Of a DNA stretch of 64,000 nt, positions 27,878 to 41,021 are shown piece after piece. The position numbers and the translations under genes are program-made. Position 1 is the stretch's first letter; the number at the start of each line of letters is the position of its first letter. Where the stretch lies: positions 6,867 to 70,866 of the forward strand of contig CT868097.1 in assembly GCA_000165425.1 (NCBI GenBank), given 5' to 3'. This DNA comes from Paramecium tetraurelia (Eukaryota). The notes under the pieces are model-generated. The model saw nothing but the letters and a program-made list of their open reading frames with translations, was not told the origin of the DNA and ran no database searches.

Positions 27878-29872
27878 TCATTTTCTTATATAGAACAGTT
27901 TAACAACATTCAAATCATCGTCCAGATGATCAACCATCTAGAATTTATTTTTTGTATATTTATACCATTATTACTATTTCAGACAATAACATTAATATTC
28001 ATTTTATGATACCTTTTCAATTATTCCTTATAACTAATAAAGATCTGAAATATTAAATAAGTATATACGTGAATCAAAATAATATTTAATATTATAAGGT
28101 TTTATTTATTCTTAATTTATGTTCAAAATTAGAATTTTATCCTTAGCCCAATCCACTTCAAAATATTACCTAAGGAAATAATTATCAAATATTTCTGGCT
28201 AATAAGCAGAAGTAACAGATAGCATTTCTTCATATACAACATATATGTTAATGACCCTACTACCAAATTTCAAAGATTTATCATTAAATGGCACTTAACA
28301 ATTATTGCACAATTTCTACTAACAAAATGTACATTTTATTGAGCCTTATTAATCCGTTTAGAAATATAAACTATATCTCTTATTCAATCGTAATTCTTTA
28401 TAATTTTCAAAATTTATTTCTTCAAATAAGTTAGCTACTAATAAGTGTAAATCTGAGAATTTAGCCTACTAACTTATATAGCATTTTAATATCGCAGCAA
28501 AAGGCTTGTATTATTGATAACCAATATTTTCATATATGCATTGATGAACTCGAATTTCTATTTTGTCCTCATTATTAATATTGCGTTCTTACCACATTAA
28601 CTTCCTCAATTAATATTTATACCCTTCCTTCAAACTATAAGCAGGCTTTGCAAAATCGATTTCTTCAGTATAATATTCATTGCTGCACTCAAACAAGACT
28701 GAATTAAAATCACATTATAATTAAGGGTGGATCAATAGAGATTCCACTAACTATTTAATATTTCTTTAATTATTAATAATGATTCTGTTTTCATTGTTGT
28801 AAATATAAACTGCATCATATCTTGATTTAGTGATCAGCACTTATTTTTCCTCTAAAAACTCATAATCCATCAAATCATAATAGACATAATCAGTAAATCC
28901 ATAATATGATTCTTGTATAATCTACTTTAAATTCTAGTATTTGTATGTTAGATTACAAAGTATTTCATTTCTAATTGCATCAATGTTTTCGTAGCATTTA
29001 AGCATGCAACTTAATAAAGTTTATTGATTCTCAAATAAAGATAGACCTCTCCTACAATTTTCAATATATTCTTAATTTAATAAACCCTCATTTTTGTCTT
29101 GATTTATCTGTTAAGTCTTTTCAAAAAAGAAACCTTTATTCAACAATTTAATATCCAGTAATATGTATTTCTTATTACGCAATTAAGTTATTTCTTTTAT
29201 ATTTTCTACTTCAATCCTTTTTTCTTTAACTTCTTATACAATTTAAACAAAACTAGTTTAATTCTCATTCTTGAGAGTATACAATGATATGAAATTTGTT
29301 TTTGGTGTTTGGAATGATAACTAATTTTATAATGCATTTTCTAGATGGGATATAATTTAGGACATATTCCAACTGGAATCAAATTATTGGATTCCTTCAA
29401 TAAAGTGCTATTAGAATTGGTAGACTGGGATAAAGTGAAAAATGATGAATTCATTGATTTAATTTAAATTTCTCAATTATCTTTTGATACAGTACCCATC
29501 ATAAAGTGACTTTCAAATATTTATAAGATTACATTTAGATGTGACCATATTTATTGGCTTATGTAAATGTAATCAACATTTCGACGTAAATTATCCTTTA
29601 AAAATGAATTGTATATATCATCTTAATATCTAATATTTTTGGATATCTTACTAGAGAACATTAGATTTTGTTTCATCTACAATATCGTGATTTATTGGCT
29701 TCATTGGGATATTTTATTGGTTATCGAATTTGACAGAATTTATAAAAGTTTAGATCCAACTAATTAATTATTAAAAGAAAGTTTACTTTTTAGATAATAG
29801 GTATACAATTTCAGGATAGTATTACTCCTTTTAGAATGCTTCAATCAATTGAACAATTTCGATTAGTTTCAT
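27878..29872 (-). CDS. DUSP + USP-fold protein, predicted catalytically inactive ubiquitin-specific protease
   Basis: DUSP-like N-terminus (VYLLSKSW...PINHDIV...NLRRNVDYIYISQQIW), a degenerate Cys box (RGLSLFENQQTLLSCMLKC), a CxxC..CxxC insert and a degenerate His box (YQLQGIIE...NEYQCY...WYKY...KLFYIRK). Confidence 0.7.
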
Positions 29873-29903
29873 TCAATAATTATATTATTATTTATTTATA
29901 TTA

Positions 29904-31089
29904 TCATTAATGATATTATTAAATGATTCCTATTCTTTTCATTTCTTCTTCAATCTTAATCAAATCTTCCTTATTTTTGGCTTTAATGTGATTGATCTCA
30001 ATCAGTATCAGGTTTTTTAAGTTCTCTAATGTGATGGTGTCATCGTTCTCAAAATCACACTCCAGATTGCCTGTGAATGTTATCTCTTCGGCTTAATTTC
30101 TAATAGACTCAAAGAAGGGATGTTCTAAACACTTATGTAAGATAATGTAAACTTTTTATGCAGTAATTCTATTCTTGGGATTCATTTCTAACATCTAATC
30201 TAATAAATCTCTGGCTTTGGCATCAGGAAATGGCACACTCTTTGAGACTGGTTGTTTTGGTTTATGAGGCAGAGTCTCTATGAAAGACAGAGCATTCTCA
30301 TTAGTTACTAATTAATTGAGTTCCTCATCTGAGGGTCGACCTAATATATCAAAAAACATCTTTATCATTTAAATATAGTTTGGAGCATTGAATAATATCT
30401 TTCTTGTCATTAATTCTGCAAATGTGCATCCCAATGACCATATGTCAACAGGTTTAGAATATTGTTAACTGGATAACATGATTTCAGGAGCTCTATAGTG
30501 TCGAGTAACAACATATTCAGTCATATTATCCTCAATTTGATCTTGTATTTCATCTTATTTTCTAGCAAATCCAAAGTCACAATAACAAACTTCGCAATTC
30601 TCATTTGCCAATATATTTCCAGGCTTTATGTCTCTATGAATTGAACCTGAAGAATGCAAATAGTACAGTCCTTTGCATAATTGGTACATTATGAACTGAA
30701 CATGCTCCACCGACAAATCTTAATTGCTTTTAATTATTTTATGAAGATCTGCTGGAAAATATGGACTTACTATATAGATGTCCCCAAAAGATTCAGGTTT
30801 CTAATCATAGATTATATCATAAATTTTGAGAATATTATGATGATTCATTGATCTTTAGATTTTAATTTCTCTTAAGATCCTCTTTGCATCAATAGCATCT
30901 TCTATTAAATTTAATTTTTTGATTGCTACCTAATTATAAATAACAATAAAATCAAACTTTATGATTTTTATTCAATAAGTCATATGCCAAGACAACTGAA
31001 CCATAGGCACCTGTTCCAACTAATTTTATCAATTTGTAACGATCACCACAATTAAAAGAGATTCCTCCAAACATTGAGTTGTTCTTCAT
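29904..31089 (-). CDS. MAP kinase (ERK-type, TEY activation motif)
   Basis: [53 protein letters not shown] and DIWSLGC. Two introns. Confidence 0.93.
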
Positions 31090-31125
31090 TCTTTATTTAA
31101 TATTATTAATATATATATATAAACA

Positions 31126-31413
31126 ATGTCAAGATTGTATTCATAAATATGTAGAATAATGAACAGTGTTCCTAGAGGATTAAATCAATCAGCAATATAT
31201 TCACCTTCTGTTTATATATAGGCTCTTCGAATCCATAGATATTAGATCCCATAAAATGAGATCTTCAAACAAGTCACCAAAACAGATGAAATCAAACATG
31301 CTTTTGAATAATCAATAGCTGTTCTAGATTGTTTAAGCAAAAAGAAGAAGAGAGCAAGAAAGAAGTAGATTAGAAGAAAGGGAAATAAAATAATTGATGC
31401 CAGAAATAGATGA
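31126..31413 (+). CDS. 95-aa basic protein with a mitochondrial-presequence-like N-terminus (mS38/Cox24-like candidate)
   Basis: MSRLYSQICRIMNSVPRG...VLDCLSKKKKRARKKQIRRKGNKIIDARNR ending at TGA. Confidence 0.6.
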
Positions 31414-31444
31414 TTATCATAAATATATTAATAAATTGGACTTA

Positions 31445-32596
31445 ATGGGTTAATGCAAATGTGCTATTGCTTCTTGTCCAAAGGATGACATCGACTCCAT
31501 AAAGATCTCATCCCGCTCCATCCAAATATCTATCAAATAGCATAAAAACTATTAGGGTCAGACTTCTGATAAAATAGAAGCCCATATTCAAAATGATTTA
31601 GATTCTGGAGTGATCAAAAATTCAATCAATAGCAAAATCTCCATCTAAGAATTATCCAAGAATTTGATATAAACTAAAACCCAAATGCCTGACTCTGTTG
31701 TTCAAACACTTCATTAATTAGAGAGGAAAACTCTACCAGTAATTTCAATATTCTAAACGAGTTAATATAATTGCCAAATGGAACTTAATATGAAGGTGAG
31801 TGGATGAATGGAATGAGGGATGGAATTGGCAAATAGATTTGGCCAGATGGATCATTTTATGAAGGTCAATGGAAACTTGATAAATCCAATGGGCATGTAT
31901 TAATTTAAAATACTATTGTATTAGGGTAAATTGGTACATGCCAATGGTGATATCTATGATGGTGAATGGGTTCAAGATGCTGCATGTGGAAAAGGAATCT
32001 ATCTTCGCTAAAATGGAGCCAAATATGAAGGTGATTGGTTGAATGATTGTTAACATGGAAAAGGATTTGAAACATGGCCTGATGGAGCTGGATACGAAGG
32101 AGATTATAAATTTGGCAAAAAAAATGGTCATGGTATCTTGACTTTTAATGACGGTGCAAATTATGAAGGTTCTATGATATTTTATATTTAGGAAACTTTG
32201 TTGACAATGAAATTTCAGGAAATGGAACTTACAAATGGCCTGATGGACGTATATATGTAGGATATTGGTAAGATAATAAAATGCATGGGGAGGGAATACT
32301 CAAATGGCCTGATGGAAAGTCATATTAAGGAGTAATTTTAATTCTAATATCTGTTCTAGAATTATGAGAATGACAAAAAATAAGGGAATGGTATATTTGA
32401 CTTTGGAGATGGTAGAAAATATATTGGGGCTTGGAACAATGGTAAACAACATGGATTAGGAATATACTATTAAAATGAGACACAATTTAAAATTGGTCTA
32501 TGGCAGGATGGGTAAAGAACTAAATGGTTAAATGAGTCGGAAATAGAAGATGAGAAGAACTCAATATCTAATCTATAAAAACTTGTAATGAATTGA
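31445..32596 (+). CDS. MORN-repeat protein, N-terminal MGQC acylation motif
   Basis: Tandem [28 protein letters not shown]...[11 protein letters not shown] repeats. Three introns. Confidence 0.92.
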
Positions 32597-32634
32597 TTTT
32601 TGATTATAATGTATTTTGATAAAATAATGTAAAT

Positions 32635-35095
32635 TCATGGTTATTGTTATAATAGAAGTTTCTGAGCTCTTAGTTTTTGTTTTCTAATTCTTCTCCTTTC
32701 CACTCTTGGCATTTTTTATCCATTATAATTCTTATTCTTTTTAATTTTTTGAAGTTGATTGCATTTTATTCTTAATTGGTCAAATACAGCTTAGCTTATT
32801 TAATATTATTTTTCTTTTATTTGATCTTGAACAAGTAATTCATTAAAAATCTTATCCACATTCCATTCTACCTCCTTTTTAGCTCTATCATAAGACTTTT
32901 CAATTCTTGAATGATAAACAGCAATTATATAAAGTTCTTCAGGTAATTCTTCATTCAAAAAATATCTATAAACTGATTATAAGGTCTTTATATTAAACTT
33001 CTGTTCATCAATTATCTTTATGAATAAAGGCTTATTGAATTCCATCTTACTTATTAAAGTATTGAAGTCAATATTTAGATTTTTAATTTTAACTTCTATT
33101 TGTTATTTCAAGGTTTCATAATCTTAAATATTTTCAAATTCTTCTTCAGTAAATGATGATTTAATATTATTTACAGTTTCATTTTCCAATTACAAATCAA
33201 CTTCCATAACTCTTTTGAATAAGTTATTATAAGCTTTTGTAGATCTACTTATTGCTTCAATCACTAGTCTTTGTATTATTATCTTAAACTGATCCTATTT
33301 GAAATTATTCTTAATCTAGTTTATCATCAAAATAGTTTTTGATAAATCTTCACATTGGGTCTTTGATGATAAGTTTTCATCAGCCATAGTTCCTATTGGA
33401 TCTGATAACAAATGATCCATGTGATATTTAACCTTGCTTGATTCCGCATAAGTCAACATAAAACTAGAATTAATCAATTCAATCATTTCATATTTCCATT
33501 AGTTTTCATCCTAGCAAATCATATACAATAAAGTGTTTCCTAATAATGCAGCATATGCATTTTCAAAGCATGTATCTGCGTTTTCCATCAATACAAAAGT
33601 CATTTAAATATGGAATATGTTTGATCTTAGGAAAGGAATAAGGACTTCATGCTGATATAATGGAACCAAGCAATTAAACTTCTCCTTTTCATTATCTCCA
33701 ATATTAAATTCAATTTCATGATTTGCAGAATCAATAATTGCTAATGAATCTATATATTTATTAATCTTGGCGATATTTTATACTTCAACCGTATAGGGAT
33801 TGATTCTTGATTGATCTGATCTTTTTACATACAATGCGTATCCAATAATAGGGAGAGATGATACTAAATGATATTGTGTTTCACATGTCTTAATACCCTC
33901 TATTAATTCAGGATCTGTTAGAATATCAACTTAATTTTATAAGGACAGTATTGAAGTAGGGAAGTTGTGATTGACAAATTTGGTTTTCTCAATCATTGCT
34001 ATAAATTCTGACTTATACGTTTAAAATGCTTCTACAGACACTCCTGCAAATTTCAAAGCTTTTTTGTGATACTTTCCAATTAATGTACCAATTTTAAGTC
34101 TTTGGGCAGCTGTTGCTTCATCTAATTCTTATAAAGTTTAAGCAGATGCCAAAAATTTAAGTTCCTAAATCACTTAATTAAGTGCTGTTTTCTATTCCTA
34201 CACTCTCTCTAAAAAGGTCAACTTTTTTCCACTCACGAATTTATTGAGCTCTTATAGGGCCATTTGGGCTTCCTATGCAACCTTTTTTTTTAAAGACATC
34301 AATTATAGATTTTATAGCCAATATCCTGCTATTAATCCAATTTCTTCTCCTTTTACCTCTATTTTTTATAAAATTCCATCTTCTGTTTCCAATTCATCCG
34401 AATAAAATGAGACCCAAGAATCAGGCCAAACCTTATCTGTCAATTAATCCCAAGGGAACTAATAGCAAGGTGAAATCTTTATTTATTTCTGATGTTTCAT
34501 ATACTCAGCTGCTGCCAACATTTCAATTTAAAATCTCTTATCTAACGGCTGATCTCCATCTTATATGTCAACTAAAAATAAAGGAGGAATAGATTTGTCT
34601 CCATTATGGTACATTTCTCTTAAATCCATAGATATGAATGTAGGAAAACCCTTTCCTACTCCAATACAAATAAAATTTAAATTTTCTATTGCTGGCCTTG
34701 TCTTATCGATGAATTCCTTTGAAAAATCACCTTGTCCATCTGACACAAATAAAACTGTAACATTTTTCTTTTATTTTAGAGAATACAACAATTTGTTTAA
34801 CTCCTAAAAGGCTATTGTTATGTTTGTTCCTCCTCCACCATATGTGTTAATATTTGATCCAAGTTCAGCCTAAGGAATTGTTTTTACTCTAGTATCAAAT
34901 GTAATTGCACAATGTAATTTTACTTTATGCCTAATTTCATTGTAATACTTGGCCACATATTACCAATCTATAAAATAGCATTAAAAAATTACAATTATAC
35001 ATAGATCCTGAACAATCCAGGATCGCCAGCAATTATGTTTCTTCAAATTTAACACTTGGAACTTTAAAATAATTTAATTAGACTTCCTAAAACAT
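32635..35095 (-). CDS. von Willebrand factor A (MIDAS) domain protein
   Basis: ILDCSGSM, AITFDT, GGGTNITIAF, VFVSDGQG and ICIGVG motifs, followed by a long helical C-terminus. Confidence 0.85.
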
Positions 35096-35611
35096 TTTTA
35101 TTTATAAATAATGATGATTTTGATAACTAACAAGTGATTTAAATTATAAAATATTCTTTCTTTATTTATCAAATATACTAATTAAAAAAATCTCAAGAAA
35201 AAATCAAACCTAACTTTAATCAGAATCAATATAATAAATGTAATATAGTTGGAATAAAACATACGTAAATACTCTGAGATACTAAAAGATGATAATATAT
35301 TGATTTTTGGCTTTTACTTTTTAATATTATCATTATAGAATGAAACAAAGTGATAAAAAAATATTGCATACAAATATATTTCAGTAATATAGTTTTGTAG
35401 AATAGATATATTCAGGATAATTTTTGTTGTTTAAATGGTTTTTCAATAAAAGAGATTATGCAATAATGGAGAAATTATTTAATAATCATGAAGGTTGTGC
35501 ATTAGATTCAGTTTTTAATTATTTAGATCCGCACTTAGGATTATGAAATTATGTGTTTTTATAATATGTTTATATAAAATACATAATTTATTTAAATCCG
35601 TTTTGAAATAA

Positions 35612-36838
35612 ATGAGAGTTGCTTTTGTTTTGCTAGTTTGTTTAGTTTTGTGTTAGAGTATTCCTGTACATAAGAAATTTTTGTAACTCGACGGGTACTT
35701 ATTATTTGAATGGTAGTCAAGAGAGTGATGTTGAATATACATCAGAAAATTTATAGGTTGTTGAGGAGAAGAGCCAAAGTAAGGATGTTCAGATTTTGGC
35801 AGCTTAAGAGAGTGATTTGATGATTAATTAATTAGATCCATCTGAGAAATCGGATACATAATAATCTTTGGATGATGAAACACCATTGAATACTGCATAT
35901 GTATTAATTTTGAATATAATTAAAGTTTGAAGATGAAGAAAATAATAATGAAATAATTGAAGATGCTAGTTAAAATATTGTGGAGGATTTGAAATTGATT
36001 GGCTAATCTGAAAATAACAATATTATTGATGAAAATCATCAAGTCATAGACACTTAATAAAACATTAATGATAATAATGAGAATTATGTTTCAGACACCA
36101 TGAATGTCAATGATGAAATCCAGCAAGAACTTTCAGATCAATAGAATGGCCAAGAAACAATCAATAATGAAGATAATTATTATGATGATTCTATTGAAAA
36201 TAATGATACATTACAAGTAAGTGATAGTGCCTCATAATAATAATTGATTGCTTAAACAAATGATGTTCCAGATCTATCTAATATGGACTAAGATTAAATT
36301 ACATAATAATTTACCTAACCTTAATATGAAGTGCAACCAAATCAAATTGAATAGACTAATCAATAAGACTAGACTATCATCGTTGATAACCAATTAGAAA
36401 AAGATGAAAACCAACCAGAAGCTCAAATTATAGTTGTCTAAGAACAAACTTAAATGCAATCAGATAATTCAAGCCCCAAGCAAGTCAACATCTAATAAGA
36501 AATCACCTCTGAAGATCCAAATAACATAAGTGATATTAATGAAGAGTATTATTCTTAAGCTACCTTAGATAAACATCCTAATGCATTGAATTATATAGTT
36601 AATGTTATTACAAAGGAGAGACCATGAAGGCTTGCAATGATCTTGGATAAATGAAGTAATTAATTTACTTTTATTATCTCTTAGAGATTTCCCATATGAA
36701 ATTAAGTCCATGAAGATTCCTTATGGAACTACTCTTACAATTTATGATCATCCCAATTATGAAGGGGAGAGACACACCTTCTCCAAAAACGAAGAGTGTT
36801 TAGCAAATGTAATTGTTCTAACATAAATTACAATTTGA
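35612..36838 (+). CDS. Secreted acidic protein with C-terminal beta/gamma-crystallin domain (dense-core granule/trichocyst cargo candidate)
   Basis: Signal peptide MRVAFVLLVCLVLCQS, a D/E/Q/N-rich body, and C-terminus CIELYSQCYYKGE...IKSMKIPYGTTLTIYDHPNYEGERHTF...CL. Confidence 0.75.
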
Positions 36839-36868
36839 AATTTATCATTTAAAAATTAACAATATAAT

Positions 36869-38352
36869 ATGGGAACAAGCAGTTCTACTTTTCAATTCAA
36901 TTTCTCCCAATATTAATATTTACAAGAAATTTTAGATCCTAGATTTGGAGAAGTTAAATTGTACTAGAAAAATGAGACAGGTGAACTGATTTGTGTAATT
37001 GAAAAAATACAAACCTAACCACCGAAACCTTTTAAGAAACTTGAGCACCCTAATTTATTAAAAGTTCATTACTATTCTGCTTCTACATTCAAAGTAAATT
37101 TTTAGCTTATTACAAGGAAGTCTGTTCTACCTTTACAAAATTATACATCGTATATGAATACATTAATAACGATCTTAAAACTATCATTAGCAATCGATAC
37201 AAGAAACAATAATATTTCACTGAATCCTAACTTTGGGCTATCGCTTATTAGATTCTGGATGTATTAAATTATTTAAAACGAAATGCTATTTTTCCTATGG
37301 AAATGAGGAATTTATACATTTCAAATCAAGGATATCTAAAATTCAATTCCATTTTTGATAACCATATGACATCATTTTAATAGGTGCTCAGTCAATTTAG
37401 TGAAGACTTTCATATATCCCCAGAAGAATTGTCACTTTTCAAAAATTAATCGAATTTCAATAATCTCAATCCAGAATAGTGCTAAATCTTTTAATCTGGC
37501 TTAACTATCCTATGGGCAGCATCTCTGAATGATCCATCCACACTCTTCAATAAGATCGAATTGAGGCTGAATGAATAAGATCTGTATTTAAGAATCTCAG
37601 ATTTATAATACACTGATAACTTTAAGACTTTTCTTATTAAAATGCTTTAAATTAATCCGTCAGAAAGAGGTACTTTGGATTATTTATTACATTTCACTTA
37701 AAAATTTGAAAAAAATGATGATCTTCTAAAAATTCATAAACTTGATCCCATTCCAAATAATCATGATATAGTTCCAAATAATCAAGATCTTATTCCAAAT
37801 AATCATGAGAATGATGAGTATGAATACTAATCATAATCCTCGCAAAATTAATCAAATAGAAAACAAAAACCAAACTTATAATCAAATAAAATTTTACAGT
37901 TTCAAAAATAAATCTCCTTGATTGGTTCAATAACTTTAAAATCAGAAAATCAAGAAATAAATAAGAACAACCAAATATTCACCAATAAGTTGTTTCAATA
38001 TGATAATCAATAAGATAATAATAATTTTTATTAACAATAGAAATCAAAATCATTTTTATAATTTAAAACCCCTGACTCTTCTCCTATACAAACTTCCAGA
38101 AAACCCCCTTCAATATCAGCATCAAAAAATCAATTAAATAGTACTTCAAAACCTAAAATACCTAATTAGTATTAATTAAACAAAGAAAAAATATGTGACA
38201 CTAGTTATTTTTCATAATAATCCCTTTTGAGTAATAATAAAAGTTAAAGGAGCTTATTAGAAAATAGAATTGAAGAAGCCTTAATGAAGAGTAAATTAGC
38301 CTTAGCAAAGTTTGATTAAACCATTAAATAAAATAATTATTATAAACATTGA
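36869..38352 (+). CDS. Myristoylated pseudokinase with low-complexity tail
   Basis: MGTSSS start, DPRFGEVKLY, LEHPNLLKVH, LYIVYEYINNDL and FTESQLW. The HRD and DFG positions are replaced (IFPMEMRNLYISNQGYLKFNS). SPEE and MLQINPSER are present. Confidence 0.75.
37751..37813 (+). repeat. 3 x 21-nt coding tandem repeat (I/V-PNNH/QD)
   Basis: ttccaaataatcatgatatag / ttccaaataatcaagatctta / ttccaaataatcatgagaatg. Confidence 0.85.
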
Positions 38353-39895
38353 TAAGAAAACTTGTAAATAAATATTACCATCTATTCATTCGAATATCTA
38401 TTGTATTATAATCACCATCATATATCATATCCAATTATAGATAGCTTTTGATTTATGAGAGTAGAGTATTTAAACTTCTAATAATTTCAGTTTTTTCATA
38501 CATAAGTTATAAATTATAATTTTAACTTTCATTCTTAAACTACAATTCTAATGATCTATCTAATTGCAGCTCCAATCCTTTAATCTGTATATTTCATTTA
38601 AAAATTATACATCTTAGTTGAATTTTAAATTTGGTAAACGTAATTCAAGATCACTTAGCGATTTAATTAATATTTTATTTTTGGCTTAAAAAATGCTGAA
38701 TTTAATGCCAAAAGCACAAGAGTGAAGACTTTTTTATTATATTCAACATCACCTTAATATTCTATGTAGCTGTTCCTATTCTTAATTAATAAAATTGCTT
38801 AATACGATTTCTATAATGCATCTTAAATTCAATTGTTTACAATTTTCATTTATAATGAAAATTTGATATTATTATTTGCATCATTTTTTCATCAAATTTA
38901 TAATTATTCAGTATTTTTGTATTGCTAATTAAGATTGAACAATTCGAACTGCATCTTATTTTCATCTATTTATCAGTTAAATAGAATAAATCTTGAGTTT
39001 ATTGCTTGAAGTTATGGTTTTATAAAATTCTGATGGATATAGATTAAATTAAAATAGACAGTTCCGTCAGATTTAATTTAAAATATGTAATATATTGATA
39101 TTAAATTATACCAATCTAAATTGACTTTTATATCACTAATTTCAACCATCCAAATTCATATTGTTCACATCTGAATTTCAATTAATTTTTATTTATAATT
39201 TATGTTAAAATATGATCACAACACAATTATATTATTCAAATATTTTAAATAAATCATAATTTTATGACTAATTTACGAACCTACAAATATGAAGGACTTC
39301 TATAAGTCAAAAATGAATAAACTGTATTTGGAAGAGGAAAATCAAAAAGAACAGGTAATAATAAATTTATAAATATATTGTTTATAATGATGTCGACGTA
39401 TTAACATATTATTTATGATTATTATTAAAAATTCTAATTTATCAACTAAAAAATTTATATATTTGTATAATACTTGTCTCGAATCATACTATGATCATAA
39501 AATGTTTCAATCGCATTATTATAAGAGATGATTGATTTAAATATATTATTAAATAATATTACCTTAGAAAGGTTGAATAAAATTATATTGTATAATATAG
39601 TTTAATCACTGAACTAAAGAAACAATTATAAGCTTGTATCGGCTTCTATTTTAAAAGTATAAAGTGGTAAATACTGTACATTTCTTAATAAATTATCAAT
39701 CCTTGTCGCTTACAAGTTTAATTGCGGAGAAATTTGGATAATCATTTTCTTCCCTTTGTCTGTTCTTTGGAAGGTTATTTAAATAGGCCTATTTTTTCAT
39801 TTTTCTGATAACAATATACCAAATTTAAGCCAATATAATTGTGGCAGCATAAATAATGTGTAGATTAATGAATGTGAAGAAGGTTTAAAAATAAA

Positions 39896-40293
39896 TCATT
39901 AGATTCTCTTGATTTCATCGAAATACTCATAGTGTTTAATTGTCTGATCAGCTACTTTTACCTAAACCCAAAACTTTGAATCTTCCTTTATTGAACCAAC
40001 AGACACCCTTTTTACTTCGAGATCTGATTCAAAAGTCATTTTTTTTTTCTTAAAACAATGAAGAATAGTTTTTGCGGTTGCATAGTTAATATTTAAATCC
40101 TTTGCTATCTATGATAAAGAAGGTATCTTACTTTTTTTATTTTACATTTTTGTTTCAGTACAGTTTGAATCAGTTAAGCTTTCTTTTCTTTGGTAATATG
40201 ACAATAGTCTCTTTTTATTCTTGGTTGAAGGACTCTTTCACATATATTCATGGACCTAGTTTTTACGCCGATCACACTTTCACTGCTATTCAT
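39896..40293 (-). CDS. Small helix-turn-helix (homeodomain-like) DNA-binding protein
   Basis: YCHITKEKKAQLIQTVLKQKCKIKK, a 23-nt intron, then IAKDLNINYATAKTILHCFKKK. Confidence 0.75.
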
Positions 40294-41021
40294 TTAAGAT
40301 TTATATTTTATATTATAATGTTAATGGAATAATACGAGATTTATATGTATCAACATAATTTGCTCAAACAGTATAATTACAATTATCGTAATTTATATAG
40401 ATAATTATCTACTGATATTAATCTTGAAATGTTAATAATGCTTGCAAATAATTTGATTTCTTCGATGTATAACTTCGTAATAGATCAGTGCTCACTAATT
40501 AAATAAGTTCTAGGAAGAAACAATGATTTCAAAAGATCGTTGAATTTCTTCTCAATCACCAAATTCCTTTCTTTCCTTCATTTTTTTACCCAAAACCTTA
40601 CAACACAATCCAAATTACACATCCATAAGGTTATAGAAATTTACCTTATGAAAAGCATCAATATTGAATAAATTTTGGTAAACATTTTTGAAAATGAAAT
40701 TTTTGGTATTTTTTCAAATTATGTTACTTCTTCTACAAAACCCTTACTTACTGATCATTAAGATTACTCTCAGAACATGTTGATATGTATATTAAATTGA
40801 TAAATCAAAGTTTTTTGGGAATTAAAAATTTTTAGCCAGCGTAAATTTTATTGAATTAACTGATAAAAATTTTATTGATTGTGTGGAATTACAAAGAGAA
40901 TTTTCTAGAAATGCATATTAATAGTTTAGACATACTTATTATCCAAGACTAATGATGCACCATAACCCTATAAGTGTATAATTTAGAGATGTATTAAATA
41001 GTATTATTTTATATAAATCAA

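Noticed and set aside
34275..34807. Plus-strand ORFs of 105 and 80 aa
   Set aside because: Antisense to the vWA gene; no independent features.
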